A stretch of 37,199 bases of DNA from NCBI GenBank assembly GCA_043771335.1, contig JAYVHM010000015.1, forward strand, positions 1 to 37,199. Reading direction: 5' to 3'. Each line of letters starts with the position of its first letter. The stretch's first letter is position 1. The notes beneath the pieces are model-generated. The model did not search any database, had not been told where the DNA came from, and saw nothing but the letters and a program-made list of their open reading frames with translations. Positions 1-9,260 of the stretch are shown piece after piece. Position numbers and translations under genes: made by a program. This DNA is from a bacterium. GTDB lineage: Bacteria > Patescibacteriota > Minisyncoccia > Phycocordibacterales > UBA5272.

Positions 1-68
1 CGCCGTAGGCGCCACTTTTTCTATGTTTTTGTTTTCATATCATTTTAGTGTATAATATAAATAATTAT

Positions 69-1079
69 ATGTTTAAAACAGTAAAGCTCGGTATTGATCT
101 CGGAACAGCAAATATACTAGTATATGTGCCTGGTCGCGGCGTTGTTTTAAATGAGCCATCAGTGGTAGCAATAAGGGAGGGTGATAAAAAAATCTTAGCC
201 ATAGGAATAGACGCAAAAGAAATGGTGGGTAAAACCCCAGACGATATAGTTGCTTACAGACCTATGCGTAATGGAGTGATAGCAGATTATAGAGTGACTG
301 AAGCCATGCTGCGTCACTACATTAATAAGGCGTTATCAAAATGGAATATATGGAAGCCAGACGTGATGGTGAGTGTTCCGGCGGGAGTTACGAGCACCGA
401 GAGACGTGCGGTGATAGAAGCCGCCATGCGTGCCGGAGCTCGTAATGCATACGTAGTCAAGGAGCCAATACTCGCAGCCATAGGAGCTGGTATACCAATA
501 CACGAAGCTAAGGGCAGAATGATAGTAGATATAGGAGGAGGGACAACAGACGTGGCAGTTATATCTCTCGGTGGTATAGTATGTAGCACTAGTGTCAAAT
601 GCGCTGGAAATAAAATAGACCAAGCCATAGTAGACAGTATCAAAAAAAATCATAACCTAGCAATAGGAGAACAAATGGCTGAACTCATAAAAATAACTAT
701 TGGCTCAGCATTGCCAGTTGAGGATGAATTAAAGATGAATATAAAAGGTCGCGATTATGTAAGCGGCTTACCAAAAACCATAGAAATAGGAACTAACGAA
801 ATAGTAAAAGCTATAGACAAGGAATTACGCATAATAATAAAAGCAATCAAAGACGTATTACAAGACACTCCGCCTGAGCTCGCCAGTGACATCATAGATA
901 ATGGTATAATTATGAGCGGAGGATCGTCACAGCTGCGTCATCTACCAGATCTAGTAGAGAGAAAGTGTAATGTAAAAGCGGTATTGGCAGATGACGCACT
1001 TTTCTGCGTGGCTAAGGGGACGGGTGAAGCCTTAAAACATTTGGATGTATATAAAAAGTCAGTGATTACAAAAAGATAA
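69..1079 (+). CDS. mreB: Rod shape-determining actin-like ATPase MreB/Mbl
   Basis: GIDLGTAN, EPSVVA, VDIGGGTTDVAVISLGG and TPPEL motifs. ATG 69 preferred over GTG 48 because TATAAT at 51-56 lies inside the longer ORF. Confidence 0.95.
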   Translation: MFKTVKLGIDLGTANILVYVPGRGVVLNEPSVVAIREGDKKILAIGIDAKEMVGKTPDDIVAYRPMRNGVIADYRVTEAMLRHYINKALSKWNIWKPDVMVSVPAGVTSTERRAVIEAAMRAGARNAYVVKEPILAAIGAGIPIHEAKGRMIVDIGGGTTDVAVISLGGIVCSTSVKCAGNKIDQAIVDSIKKNHNLAIGEQMAELIKITIGSALPVEDELKMNIKGRDYVSGLPKTIEIGTNEIVKAIDKELRIIIKAIKDVLQDTPPELASDIIDNGIIMSGGSSQLRHLPDLVERKCNVKAVLADDALFCVAKGTGEALKHLDVYKKSVITKR

Positions 1080-1094
1080 TTTTTAAAATCAAGT

Positions 1095-1649
1095 ATGTTA
1101 CTTTCAAAAATAAAATCACATGCGACAATAATAGTTGGTAACGAGAATATTTACAATGCTTTAAAGCAAGAGATTATAAATAACAATTTCTTATGTTTAA
1201 ATTTTGATTATGATGCTGAAGACAAAGATGCTAAAACTTTAAAGTTACTTGATTTAGAAAAAATAAAAAACTTTTTATCAAATAAAAGTAGTGAGGTCAG
1301 ATACATAATCACTAATAGAAATATGCGCTTAACTGTTTTGCAGAATGCTATGCTTAAGATGTTAGAAGAGGCAACAGAAAGTACAAAGATTATTTTTGTA
1401 GTAGATAGTATTGGTTATTTTTTACCTACAATATTGTCTAGAATGCAAGTAATAGAAAGTAGTAATTTTGAATTAGAAATTAAGGATAAAAAGTTAACAA
1501 GCAATCAGAATAGTTTCTCATCATATAAAAAGAAATTAATATTAGCAAAAGATTTTTATAACTTAGAAAAATTATTACAAATAGAAAATCTAAATAGCAA
1601 GGACCTCATTTCAGAAAAACAACTCACTGATTATCTGGCTTTGATTTAG
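1095..1649 (+). CDS. Short DNA polymerase III delta-prime-like (HolB-like) protein
   Basis: LQNAMLKMLEE and FLPTILSR resemble the clamp-loader QNALLKxLEE / LLPTIxSR motifs; only 184 aa. Confidence 0.65.
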   Translation: MLLSKIKSHATIIVGNENIYNALKQEIINNNFLCLNFDYDAEDKDAKTLKLLDLEKIKNFLSNKSSEVRYIITNRNMRLTVLQNAMLKMLEEATESTKIIFVVDSIGYFLPTILSRMQVIESSNFELEIKDKKLTSNQNSFSSYKKKLILAKDFYNLEKLLQIENLNSKDLISEKQLTDYLALI

Positions 1650-1652
1650 CTA

Positions 1653-1712
1653 TTGACAAAATATTCTATACATGCTATTCTTTAGAAGTTAGTTCTTTAC
1701 AATAAATTGGAG
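1653..1712 (+). promoter_or_regulatory. Sigma70 promoter, boxA-like leader motif and SD of accessory gene
   Basis: TTGACA 1653-1658, 17 bp spacer, TGcTATTCT (-10 at 1676-1681), AAGTTAGTTCTTT 1686-1698, GGAG 1709-1712. Confidence 0.7.
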
Positions 1713-1718
1713 TTATAT

Positions 1719-2324
1719 ATGTACATATCCTTACTAGATAATTGGTTAGATCTTCTTTTGATTGTTTGTGTTGCCATATCTGCAGCACTATTAATCTCGA
1801 AGGGAATGAAATCAAAAACTTACTTTACTGTGTTTTCTGTAACCCTAATTTCCTATCTGATTGTGTTTTGTTTTTCAAACACGATCAGCTCTTCTGGAAA
1901 AGAGTTCGCTGTTTATCTTTCAGATGAGCATTTGGATGAAGTTGTATTACAAGAAAAACCTGGTAGATATTGGGGTCTCTACAATGCAACTTACTTTTCA
2001 AAAGAAGAGTTTAAGTTCTGTAAGAAGAGTACTCGTTACCCTGATCCTAGACGTGCTGAGGAAACTTTTAAACCATATAAGCTTAAGAGTTGTCACTCAT
2101 TTTATTTTGATACAAAATTTATTGATAGCAAAAACATTCTTGGCAGTCTGGGTGTACTTAAAAGTGGTTATTTCTCTCCAGAACCATTAACTTCTTCAAA
2201 TTTATTTGCATATGAAAATAGCAAAGAAAAACTTTATTCGAATTACCATCACAATGGTTATGGTAGTACATATATTAAATTTAAGGAGACTGAATACGTA
2301 AAAGAGCTAATAGAAAAACCTTAA
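1719..2324 (+). CDS. Hypothetical membrane protein (two N-terminal hydrophobic segments)
   Basis: Open ORF; ATG 1719 is 6 nt after GGAG; no recognisable family motif. Confidence 0.7.
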   Translation: MYISLLDNWLDLLLIVCVAISAALLISKGMKSKTYFTVFSVTLISYLIVFCFSNTISSSGKEFAVYLSDEHLDEVVLQEKPGRYWGLYNATYFSKEEFKFCKKSTRYPDPRRAEETFKPYKLKSCHSFYFDTKFIDSKNILGSLGVLKSGYFSPEPLTSSNLFAYENSKEKLYSNYHHNGYGSTYIKFKETEYVKELIEKP

Positions 2325-2340
2325 GTAAAAACTAAAAGCT

Positions 2341-2376
2341 AACAGCTCGCAAATTTTGTGGGCTGTTTTTATTTTT
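2341..2376 (+). terminator. Intrinsic terminator
   Basis: AACAGCTCGCAA-att-TTGTGGGCTGTT stem (G-U pairs) followed by T-tract. Confidence 0.8.
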
Positions 2377-2494
2377 CTAGATCTCATTATATTTTTAATT
2401 ACTTCTTTATTGTTAAAATTTGTAGTATAATACTAATTAGAAATAATAATTTTAAAATAAATTTATTTATAAATAAAAGCAAAAAATAAAATAT

Positions 2495-3049
2495 ATGTAT
2501 ACATTTAATAACTTTGACGAAGAGATAAAAGGTGCGATGGAGAGACTGGCAACAGAAATGAAAAGCATACAAACAGGACGTGCTACACCGATGGTGCTCG
2601 ACAATGTATACATTGATGCATATGGATCTAAAATGCAAATCAGTCATGTGGCTAGCATAGGATTAGAAGATTCTAAAACATTACTCGTAACTCCATATGA
2701 TAAGAGTGTGATGAAGGATTTAGAGCAGGGTATTAACGATGCCAATCTCGGATTATCTGTAGCTGCAGGCAGTGAAGGTCTTCGCGTTATATTCCCTATG
2801 TTAACTACTGAGCGCCGCAGTCAATATGTAAAAATAGTTAAGGATCAATTAGAAGACGCCAGAATAAAAATCAGAGGCATACGTGAAGACGCAAAAAAAG
2901 AAATAGAAAATAAAGCAAAAGATGGACAATACGGAGAAGATGATAAAAAAAGATTTTTAGATACATTACAAGCAAAAGTAGATAAAGCAAATGGCGATGC
3001 TGAGCAAGCTTTTAAAAGCAAAGAGTCAGAAATAATGGGAGATAATTAA
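2495..3049 (+). CDS. frr: Ribosome recycling factor
   Basis: IQTGRATP, AYGS and PMLTTERR motifs; typical 184-aa length. Confidence 0.95.
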   Translation: MYTFNNFDEEIKGAMERLATEMKSIQTGRATPMVLDNVYIDAYGSKMQISHVASIGLEDSKTLLVTPYDKSVMKDLEQGINDANLGLSVAAGSEGLRVIFPMLTTERRSQYVKIVKDQLEDARIKIRGIREDAKKEIENKAKDGQYGEDDKKRFLDTLQAKVDKANGDAEQAFKSKESEIMGDN

Positions 3050-3076
3050 TTAATTTTTAACTATTTATATAATCTC

Positions 3077-4177
3077 ATGCTCACCACTACATTTTTATTC
3101 CTAGCAGTTCTGGTTACTCTCGTTATGATACATGAGTTCGGTCACTATGTTGCTGCAAAAATTACAGGAATGCGCGTAGAAGAATTTGCTTTTGGTTTCC
3201 CTCCGAGATTATTTTCTAAGAAAATAGGAGAGACAGAATACAGTATAAACATGTTGCCTATAGGTGGTTATGTAAAGATAACTGGTGAGAGTTTTGATGA
3301 AGCAGAAAGAGAAAAAAATAAAAATGATAAAAAAGCTTTTCAGAATAAAAATAGATTAGCTCAATTTTTTGTATTATCAGCTGGAATTATTATGAACTTA
3401 GTTTTAGCTTTTGCTATCTTTACTTTTACCAATGTCGGAGAGAAATATATAAGAGCAGATGATATAAATTATTCCTCATATGTTAAAAATCCTAAAATTA
3501 TAGTTACTAGCGTATCACCTAATTCACCCAGTAAGACAGCAGGTATAACCTCGGGCGATGAGGTTTTAGAATTTAGAGCCGGTAATGATGTGGCTGACCT
3601 AAAAAGTGTAGCGAGTGTGATTGATCTGGTAAGGAGAAACAATGAAGCTGACATAAAAATCATTTTCAAAAAAGAAAATGGAGAAGTTGTTACCAGCACA
3701 GTGAGGGCAGTATTTGGAGTAACTCCTGATAGAAAAAGCATAGGAATGGGCGTAATGTATGCAGAAAAAGTAAATCTATCTTTTTTAGATAGTGTTAAAA
3801 AAGCTTTTTCTGATACAGGATATTATACAGTTGAAACTGTTAAGAGTTATTATAATTTATTTTCAAAATTATTTACCGGGAACAACGTATTGTCTTCACT
3901 TAGTGGTCCAGTAGGAATAGCAAAAGCAGTCGGTAATGCTAGCCAAAGTGGCTTAGATGATTTTCTCTCATTTGTGGCACTGCTGTCTATTAACTTAGCA
4001 GTATTTAATGCATTGCCATTACCTGCTCTTGATGGTGGTAGAATATTATTTGTTATTTATGAATCGTTAACAAGGAAGAAGATTAGTATGAATTTTCAAT
4101 ATTATGCTAACCTTATCGGTTTTCTATTTTTGATCGGACTCATGATTACTGTTACTTTTTTTGATATATTCAAATAA
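3077..4177 (+). CDS. rseP: Site-2 intramembrane metalloprotease (M50B) with PDZ domain
   Basis: HEFGH zinc motif, FGFPP, PIGGYVKI, NALPLPALDGG. Confidence 0.93.
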   Translation: MLTTTFLFLAVLVTLVMIHEFGHYVAAKITGMRVEEFAFGFPPRLFSKKIGETEYSINMLPIGGYVKITGESFDEAEREKNKNDKKAFQNKNRLAQFFVLSAGIIMNLVLAFAIFTFTNVGEKYIRADDINYSSYVKNPKIIVTSVSPNSPSKTAGITSGDEVLEFRAGNDVADLKSVASVIDLVRRNNEADIKIIFKKENGEVVTSTVRAVFGVTPDRKSIGMGVMYAEKVNLSFLDSVKKAFSDTGYYTVETVKSYYNLFSKLFTGNNVLSSLSGPVGIAKAVGNASQSGLDDFLSFVALLSINLAVFNALPLPALDGGRILFVIYESLTRKKISMNFQYYANLIGFLFLIGLMITVTFFDIFK

Positions 4178-4205
4178 TTTTTCTGTGTATAAGTGGTGTT
4201 TCTAT

Positions 4206-4311
4206 TTGCTTAAATTCAGTATTTTTGATATAATCTATGCACATTAGATTAAAAGATTTATTTTTTATTCTGGTGTGATATCGCTCTTTTAATAGTTATA
4301 ATTTTAAGGAG
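4206..4311 (+). promoter_or_regulatory. Sigma70 promoter, boxA-like motif and SD
   Basis: TTGCTT 4206-4211, 17 bp, TGaTATAAT 4229-4234; CGCTCTTTTAA 4282-4292; AAGGAG 4306-4311. Confidence 0.6.
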
Positions 4312-4318
4312 AAGTCTA

Positions 4319-4591
4319 ATGAAAAAAAGTTTGGTCTTTGCCAGCATGATGCTGGCAGCACTTGCGGTATCTGCAGCAGCAGTAACACCCGGCCCAGAGC
4401 CAAATAAGCAAGTTACATTTGCTTTTGCAAAAGCCGACAATAGCCCAGCTGCGGTGTTGGTTGCAGTCGCCCCAAATGAAATTGCAGGGAATATGCAGTC
4501 ATCTGGATTCATGATCACCTCCAGTCAAGAAAGTGTGGCACCAAAAATGCTTGGCGATCATCACGCCACTTACTCAAAAGCGTCTGGATGA
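4319..4591 (+). CDS. Small hypothetical secreted protein
   Basis: Sec signal peptide MKKSLVFASMMLAALAVSAAA; strong SD; visibly more GC-rich than flanks. Confidence 0.7.
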   Translation: MKKSLVFASMMLAALAVSAAAVTPGPEPNKQVTFAFAKADNSPAAVLVAVAPNEIAGNMQSSGFMITSSQESVAPKMLGDHHATYSKASG

Positions 4592-4674
4592 GTCTAAGAT
4601 TGCAGACTCAAGAAATGCGCGTGAGCTACATCCGGAAGGTATTACAAAATTGTAAACCTGCTTGCCAACCCTAA
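4588..4674 (+). CDS. Putative 28-aa peptide MSLRLQTQEMRVSYIRKVLQNCKPACQP, or frameshifted C-terminus of the upstream gene
   Basis: ATGA overlap with upstream stop; ORF fills the gap exactly up to the terminator. Confidence 0.35.
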   Translation: MSLRLQTQEMRVSYIRKVLQNCKPACQP

Positions 4675-4723
4675 CCCCTTTGATAGAAATATTAATTTAT
4701 TTTTGTTAAGGGGGTTTTCTTTT
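4673..4723 (+). terminator. Intrinsic terminator with long imperfect stem
   Basis: AACCCCTTTGATAGAAAT ... ATTTTTGTTAAGGGGGTT followed by TTCTTTT. Confidence 0.7.
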
Positions 4724-4809
4724 ACTTAACTATTTTTAAAAATTATGCTATATTATATTTACAATAATTAATATCTACCTATAGTGCACAAGTAGTAAAG
4801 ATAAAAAAT

Positions 4810-5730
4810 ATGCAAAAAGAGGTTTCAAATAATAGATTCAGGGTTTTACTTTTTTATAAATACGTTACTATTAGTAATGCAAAAGAAATGATGGAGTTAC
4901 ACCGTGCAGTGTGTGAAGTGTTGGACTTGAAGGGTAGAATAATAATCGCCGAAGAGGGTATAAATGGCACTGTAGAGGGGACATTAGAAAATACAGAAAA
5001 GTATATCGCTTTTATAAGAAAAGACAAAAGATTTAAAAACATGGACATAAAAGAAAGTACTGGTAATGGTAATGCTTTTCCAAAACTATCAGTGCGCGTT
5101 AGAAATGAAATAGTAGGCACCAAATTCCCGTCACATATAGACCCAAGAAAGGGCACAGCACGTCACATACTCGCAGATGATTTGAATAAAATGTATAAGA
5201 ATAATGAAGACTTTGTAGTGGTGGACATGCGTAATGATTATGAGTTAGCTAGTGGGCAATTCAAAAATACTTTAGATATTGGCCTCAAAAACAGTCGTGA
5301 CCTAGTAAGTGATGAAGTCATGAATAAGCTGAGAATACACAAAGATAAAAAAATAGTTACAGTCTGCACTGGAGGAGTAAGATGTGAAAAGATGGCTGCC
5401 TACTTGGTAGATCAGGGCTTTACAAATGTAAATCAATTATATAATGGCATACACTCATACATGGAAAAGTTTCCAGGGGATGATTGGCTCGGCACTCTTT
5501 ATACTTTTGATCAACGTGTAACTATGCATTTTGGTGGTGAAAGAGAAATCATCGGTGAGTGTCTAGACTGCAAAAATAAAACAGAAGATTATTATGATAT
5601 ATATGAAGACTATAAAGATAAAAATGGTAATGATAGAAAAAAAGACACACATGTATTGCTTTGTGAGTCCTGTGCCTGTGTCCGCGGCGCCATAAAGCAT
5701 GCAAGTAGAAAAGAGGTTATTCTAGTTTAG
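4810..5730 (+). CDS. trhO: Rhodanese-domain tRNA U34 hydroxylase (UPF0176/TrhO family)
   Basis: LLFYKY, LKGRIIIAEEGINGT, DMRNDYE, CTGGVRCEK, FDQR. Confidence 0.88.
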   Translation: MQKEVSNNRFRVLLFYKYVTISNAKEMMELHRAVCEVLDLKGRIIIAEEGINGTVEGTLENTEKYIAFIRKDKRFKNMDIKESTGNGNAFPKLSVRVRNEIVGTKFPSHIDPRKGTARHILADDLNKMYKNNEDFVVVDMRNDYELASGQFKNTLDIGLKNSRDLVSDEVMNKLRIHKDKKIVTVCTGGVRCEKMAAYLVDQGFTNVNQLYNGIHSYMEKFPGDDWLGTLYTFDQRVTMHFGGEREIIGECLDCKNKTEDYYDIYEDYKDKNGNDRKKDTHVLLCESCACVRGAIKHASRKEVILV

Positions 5731-5820
5731 GGTTATATATTTTTCTATATAAAAATCATGTGTTCGAAAGTCTTGCTTTTTATCTTTATAAAATAGTATA
5801 ATGTATTTATAAATAAAATC

Positions 5821-6111
5821 ATGTCAACAAATAATATAAAAACTACTATACAAAAAAATCTAAAAGAGATATTGGTTCACGATGTCGAGGCTGCAGCTTT
5901 TCTTATAGTCGCTGTGTCATTAATTGCTAGTCTTACATCCTTTGCTATGGATAAGAATAAGGCTACTCAAAACTCTTCTGCAGATGTTCAGATGAGACAG
6001 ATATACAATCCTCAGACAGTAGAGATAATAGACCTTGATAATGATGGTTATAATGACATGATCATAACTCATCAAGATGGACATATAGAGCATTCTTATA
6101 GTAGGAATTAG
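5821..6111 (+). CDS. Small membrane-anchored protein with DxDxDG Ca-binding-like loop
   Basis: Single hydrophobic segment; C-terminal IIDLDNDGYNDMII. Confidence 0.65.
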   Translation: MSTNNIKTTIQKNLKEILVHDVEAAAFLIVAVSLIASLTSFAMDKNKATQNSSADVQMRQIYNPQTVEIIDLDNDGYNDMIITHQDGHIEHSYSRN

Positions 6112-6134
6112 TTTGAATCAAAAAATATTATTTT

Positions 6135-6170
6135 AAAATAAAAAATCCCCGAGCATAAGCGAAGGGATTT
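6135..6170 (-). terminator. Intrinsic terminator between convergent genes (T-tract on minus strand)
   Basis: AAATCCC...GGGATTT stem preceded on + by an A-tract. Confidence 0.65.
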
Positions 6171-6193
6171 GATTTAAATATTTTATATGGATT

Positions 6194-6844
6194 TTATCTT
6201 CCTGATGATACTAATCGCACAGCTTCTCTGCTTGCTTGTTCACAAGCTGGGAATAAATGGGAGAAGAATGGATATGCTTTTTCTTGCCCTAAAAATAGAC
6301 ATGCTTCACTATAAGCTTCTTCTTGACTGTCGCTAATATGGCATACATTTTCAATTGCTCTTGGGCCAGAGTCTCCTGTCCAAGCTTTTTCAAATGAGTC
6401 TCCTGAAAAAAGTCTGCGAATACTGCCAACAGAGGCTTTGCTGGGATCAACATCACCTAAAAGATTTCTAGCTAAGGCAAAGCAGTCTTTGTTAGATAGA
6501 TAAGTAAAAATCATAGCAGACATAATTCCACTAGTCATATAGCTGGATAAGGCAGGCATAATTGTGTCGCCATAAAGCAGTGCATCCCAAGAGGTAACAT
6601 CTTCTATTTTTACTTTTAGGCGGGCAGCACATATTTTTTCTCCATACTTTGCTAACCACTCATCATTTTTTGGATAATGTTTTAAAACATCTTCTGGTGT
6701 CATGTATACATCGTCTTGCAAATTGCAAGTTCTCATACCATCCATTTCATCAATCATAAGAGATTTGATAAAGTTTTTATGTGGATATCCATCAGGCTTA
6801 ACTAATACAAAAAGAGTTTGGACTTTTGACTTTTGATCTGTCAT
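6194..6844 (-). CDS. ndk: Nucleoside-diphosphate kinase family protein (enlarged)
   Basis: VLVKPDG, YMTSG, GSIRRLF, ENVCHISDS with catalytic His. Confidence 0.8.
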   Translation of the reverse strand: MTDQKSKVQTLFVLVKPDGYPHKNFIKSLMIDEMDGMRTCNLQDDVYMTPEDVLKHYPKNDEWLAKYGEKICAARLKVKIEDVTSWDALLYGDTIMPALSSYMTSGIMSAMIFTYLSNKDCFALARNLLGDVDPSKASVGSIRRLFSGDSFEKAWTGDSGPRAIENVCHISDSQEEAYSEACLFLGQEKAYPFFSHLFPACEQASREAVRLVSSGR

Positions 6845-6851
6845 TATGTTT

Positions 6852-6925
6852 CTCCAGTATAATTTACGGCAAAATTGCCAAAGAACTAACTTTTACATAC
6901 TATCATGTACCTATTTTTAATGCAA
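6852..6925 (-). promoter_or_regulatory. Sigma70 promoter, boxA-like motif, leader hairpin and SD of ndk
   Basis: TTGCAT 6925-6920, 17 bp, TGaTAGTAT 6902-6897, AAGTTAGTTCTTT 6892-6880, GGCAAttTTGCC, GGAG 6855-6852. Confidence 0.7.
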
Positions 6926-7008
6926 ACATATATTTTATATAATAAAAATCTATGTTATAATGTGTGTAAGAAAAAAATATTTCAATAAATAAATAAAAAA
7001 ACAATCAT

Positions 7009-8271
7009 ATGTTAGACATAAAATTCATAAGGGAGAACAAAGAGTTGGTCTCCTTGGCTGCAAAAAAGAAGAGAATTAATTTTAATGTTGAGGATCTTTT
7101 AAAAGTTGATGCACAGAGGATAGAGTTAATGCAAAAAGTAGAAGATGTAAAAGCAAAACAAAACAAAGCAAGTGAAGAAATAAGTAAAGCTAGTCCAGAG
7201 ATAAGAAGCATGTTAATAAAAGCCATGTCTGACCTTAAGTCTGACATAAAAAAAGATGAGGATAAATTAGACAAGGTTATGATATCTTGGCGTGACCTCA
7301 TGCTCAGTGTTCCAAATATTCCTGACATGAGTGTGCCTGACGGAGAGAGTGATGCAGATAATGTAGAAGTAAAAAGATGGGGAGACCCGACTGAGTTCAA
7401 CTTTGAACCAAAAGATCATGTAGAGATAATGACAAAGTTAAAAATGGTAGACTTTGAGCGTGGTGTGAAGGTTCATGGCTTTCGTGGTTACTTTTTAACT
7501 GGAGACGGTGTGCGCTTATCACTGGCGATATGGCAATACGCTATGGATTTTTGGAGCAAAAAAGGGTTCACTCCGGTTATACCGCCAGTTGTAGTGCGTA
7601 GAAATATTTTTATGGGCACAGGATATCTACCCCAAGGTGAAGATGATTTGTATAAGACTCAAGACGGTGAATACTTAGCCGGCACTGCAGAGGTTCCAAT
7701 CATGGGTATGCATGCAGATGAGTTATTAGAAAATCTTGAGACTAATCCTATAAAATACTTAGGATTCTCACCATGTTTTCGTCGTGAAGCTGGCAGTCAC
7801 AGTAAAGATGTGAAGGGTCTAATACGTGTTCAGGAGTTCTATAAATGGGAACAAGTAGTTCTGTGTGAAGCTAGTCATGCAAAGTCAGTAGAATTACATG
7901 AAGAGATAAATAGAAACACTGAGGAGTTTATAGAAAGTCTCGGCATACCATATCACACAGTAGTTAACTGTGGAGGTGATCTTGGTATGGGACAAGTTAA
8001 AAAGTATGACATAGAATTATGGGTACCAAAAGAAGAAAAATACAGAGAGATTTCTTCTGCTTCATATTTTCATGATTTTCAGACAAGGCGTTCTAATATA
8101 AAATATAAAAGTGCTGATGGGAAAAATAAATTTGCCCACTCACTTAACTGTACAGCGATACCAACACCACGTATATTAGTATCACTCATAGAAAATTATC
8201 AAAATGCTGACGGTAGTGTCACCATCCCAGAAGTATTACAAAAATATATGGGAAAGGAGATTATAAAATAA
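7009..8271 (+). CDS. serS: Seryl-tRNA synthetase
   Basis: MLDIKFIREN start, GTAEVP, CFRREAG, GLIRV, REISSAS, ENYQ. Confidence 0.97.
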   Translation: MLDIKFIRENKELVSLAAKKKRINFNVEDLLKVDAQRIELMQKVEDVKAKQNKASEEISKASPEIRSMLIKAMSDLKSDIKKDEDKLDKVMISWRDLMLSVPNIPDMSVPDGESDADNVEVKRWGDPTEFNFEPKDHVEIMTKLKMVDFERGVKVHGFRGYFLTGDGVRLSLAIWQYAMDFWSKKGFTPVIPPVVVRRNIFMGTGYLPQGEDDLYKTQDGEYLAGTAEVPIMGMHADELLENLETNPIKYLGFSPCFRREAGSHSKDVKGLIRVQEFYKWEQVVLCEASHAKSVELHEEINRNTEEFIESLGIPYHTVVNCGGDLGMGQVKKYDIELWVPKEEKYREISSASYFHDFQTRRSNIKYKSADGKNKFAHSLNCTAIPTPRILVSLIENYQNADGSVTIPEVLQKYMGKEIIK

Positions 8272-8278
8272 AATCAAG

Positions 8279-9206
8279 ATGAAATTATACATATTTTCTC
8301 CAATTAAGGATGCATTTTTTACGGATATCGCAGAGAGAGTTAAAAAATAACTTTGAAGTAATATTCTATACAGAACCAAAACCACTTAAAGATCACTTAG
8401 ATTTTCTTAGTGATTTAGATGAAAAAATAATAGCACTAGATCCAGATTATTTTGATTGGAAGTTTGCAAAAGAAGATATTTATTTATGTGAGAATGTTAA
8501 AGCCATTTGTCTGCAGACAACTTCTTTTAATTGGATAGATACAGAACATGCAAAAGAAAAAAATATCCCCATTTTAAATCTTAAAGGATTTTCAAGTGAA
8601 GCTGTCTCTGAGTTTGCTTTTATGCTTGCTCTTGGTGTTGCTCGTAAATTACCATTAATAATACAATCAAATTATAAACAAGATTTTTTAGCACATCAAG
8701 GAATGGAATTAAGATGTAAAAAAGCTGGAATAGTTGGTCTAGGTAGAATAGGTAACGGTATCGCCGAAAAAACAAAAGCCTTTGGTATGGATACTTTTTA
8801 CTGGTCTAAGAATAGCAGAAATGAAAACTTTAAATATTTAGAGTTAGAAGACTTGTTTTTATCTTGCGATATAATCTTTATCTCGCTCGCATATAATGAA
8901 GATACAAAAAATATTTTATCAGAAAAACTTATAAAGTCCATTAATAAAACTTCTATTTTAATAAGTTTTAACGTTACTAAGAAATTAATAAATGAAGAGT
9001 CTGTAATTAAAATGGTGCAAGATGGGGATTTGTATGGTTATGGCACAGAAGAAGACAATACTGGTCCAGATAAAATAAAAGGAAATATTTTAATTCTCCC
9101 TGCTGTAGCATGGGACACGACAGAAAGCTTATTAAAAAGTGGAGAGATGTGGACTGATTCTATTTTGAAAGCAAAGGAGGGCATATTCTTAAATAGAGTT
9201 AATTAA
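8279..9206 (+). pseudogene. D-2-hydroxyacid dehydrogenase-like NAD(P)-binding protein, apparently frameshifted near the 5' end (main ORF 8310-9206)
   Basis: GIVGLGRIG Rossmann motif, SEAVSEF. A plausible N-terminus MKLYIFSPIKDAFF starts at ATG 8279 in another frame and rejoins if (AG)4 at 8332-8339 is (AG)5. Confidence 0.6.
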
Positions 9207-9260
9207 ATATTTCTCTTTTCCTTACCATGCTTTGTATGTTATAATTAAAAGTATAAAAAC

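Noticed and set aside
1-20. GC-rich hairpin fragment plus T-run at the window start
   Set aside because: Probably the end of an upstream terminator, but truncated by the window edge.
4620-4660. TCCGGAAGG resembling the SRP (4.5S) RNA loop
   Set aside because: Flanking CAGG and AGCAGC of the SRP conserved helix are missing and there is no long enclosing stem.
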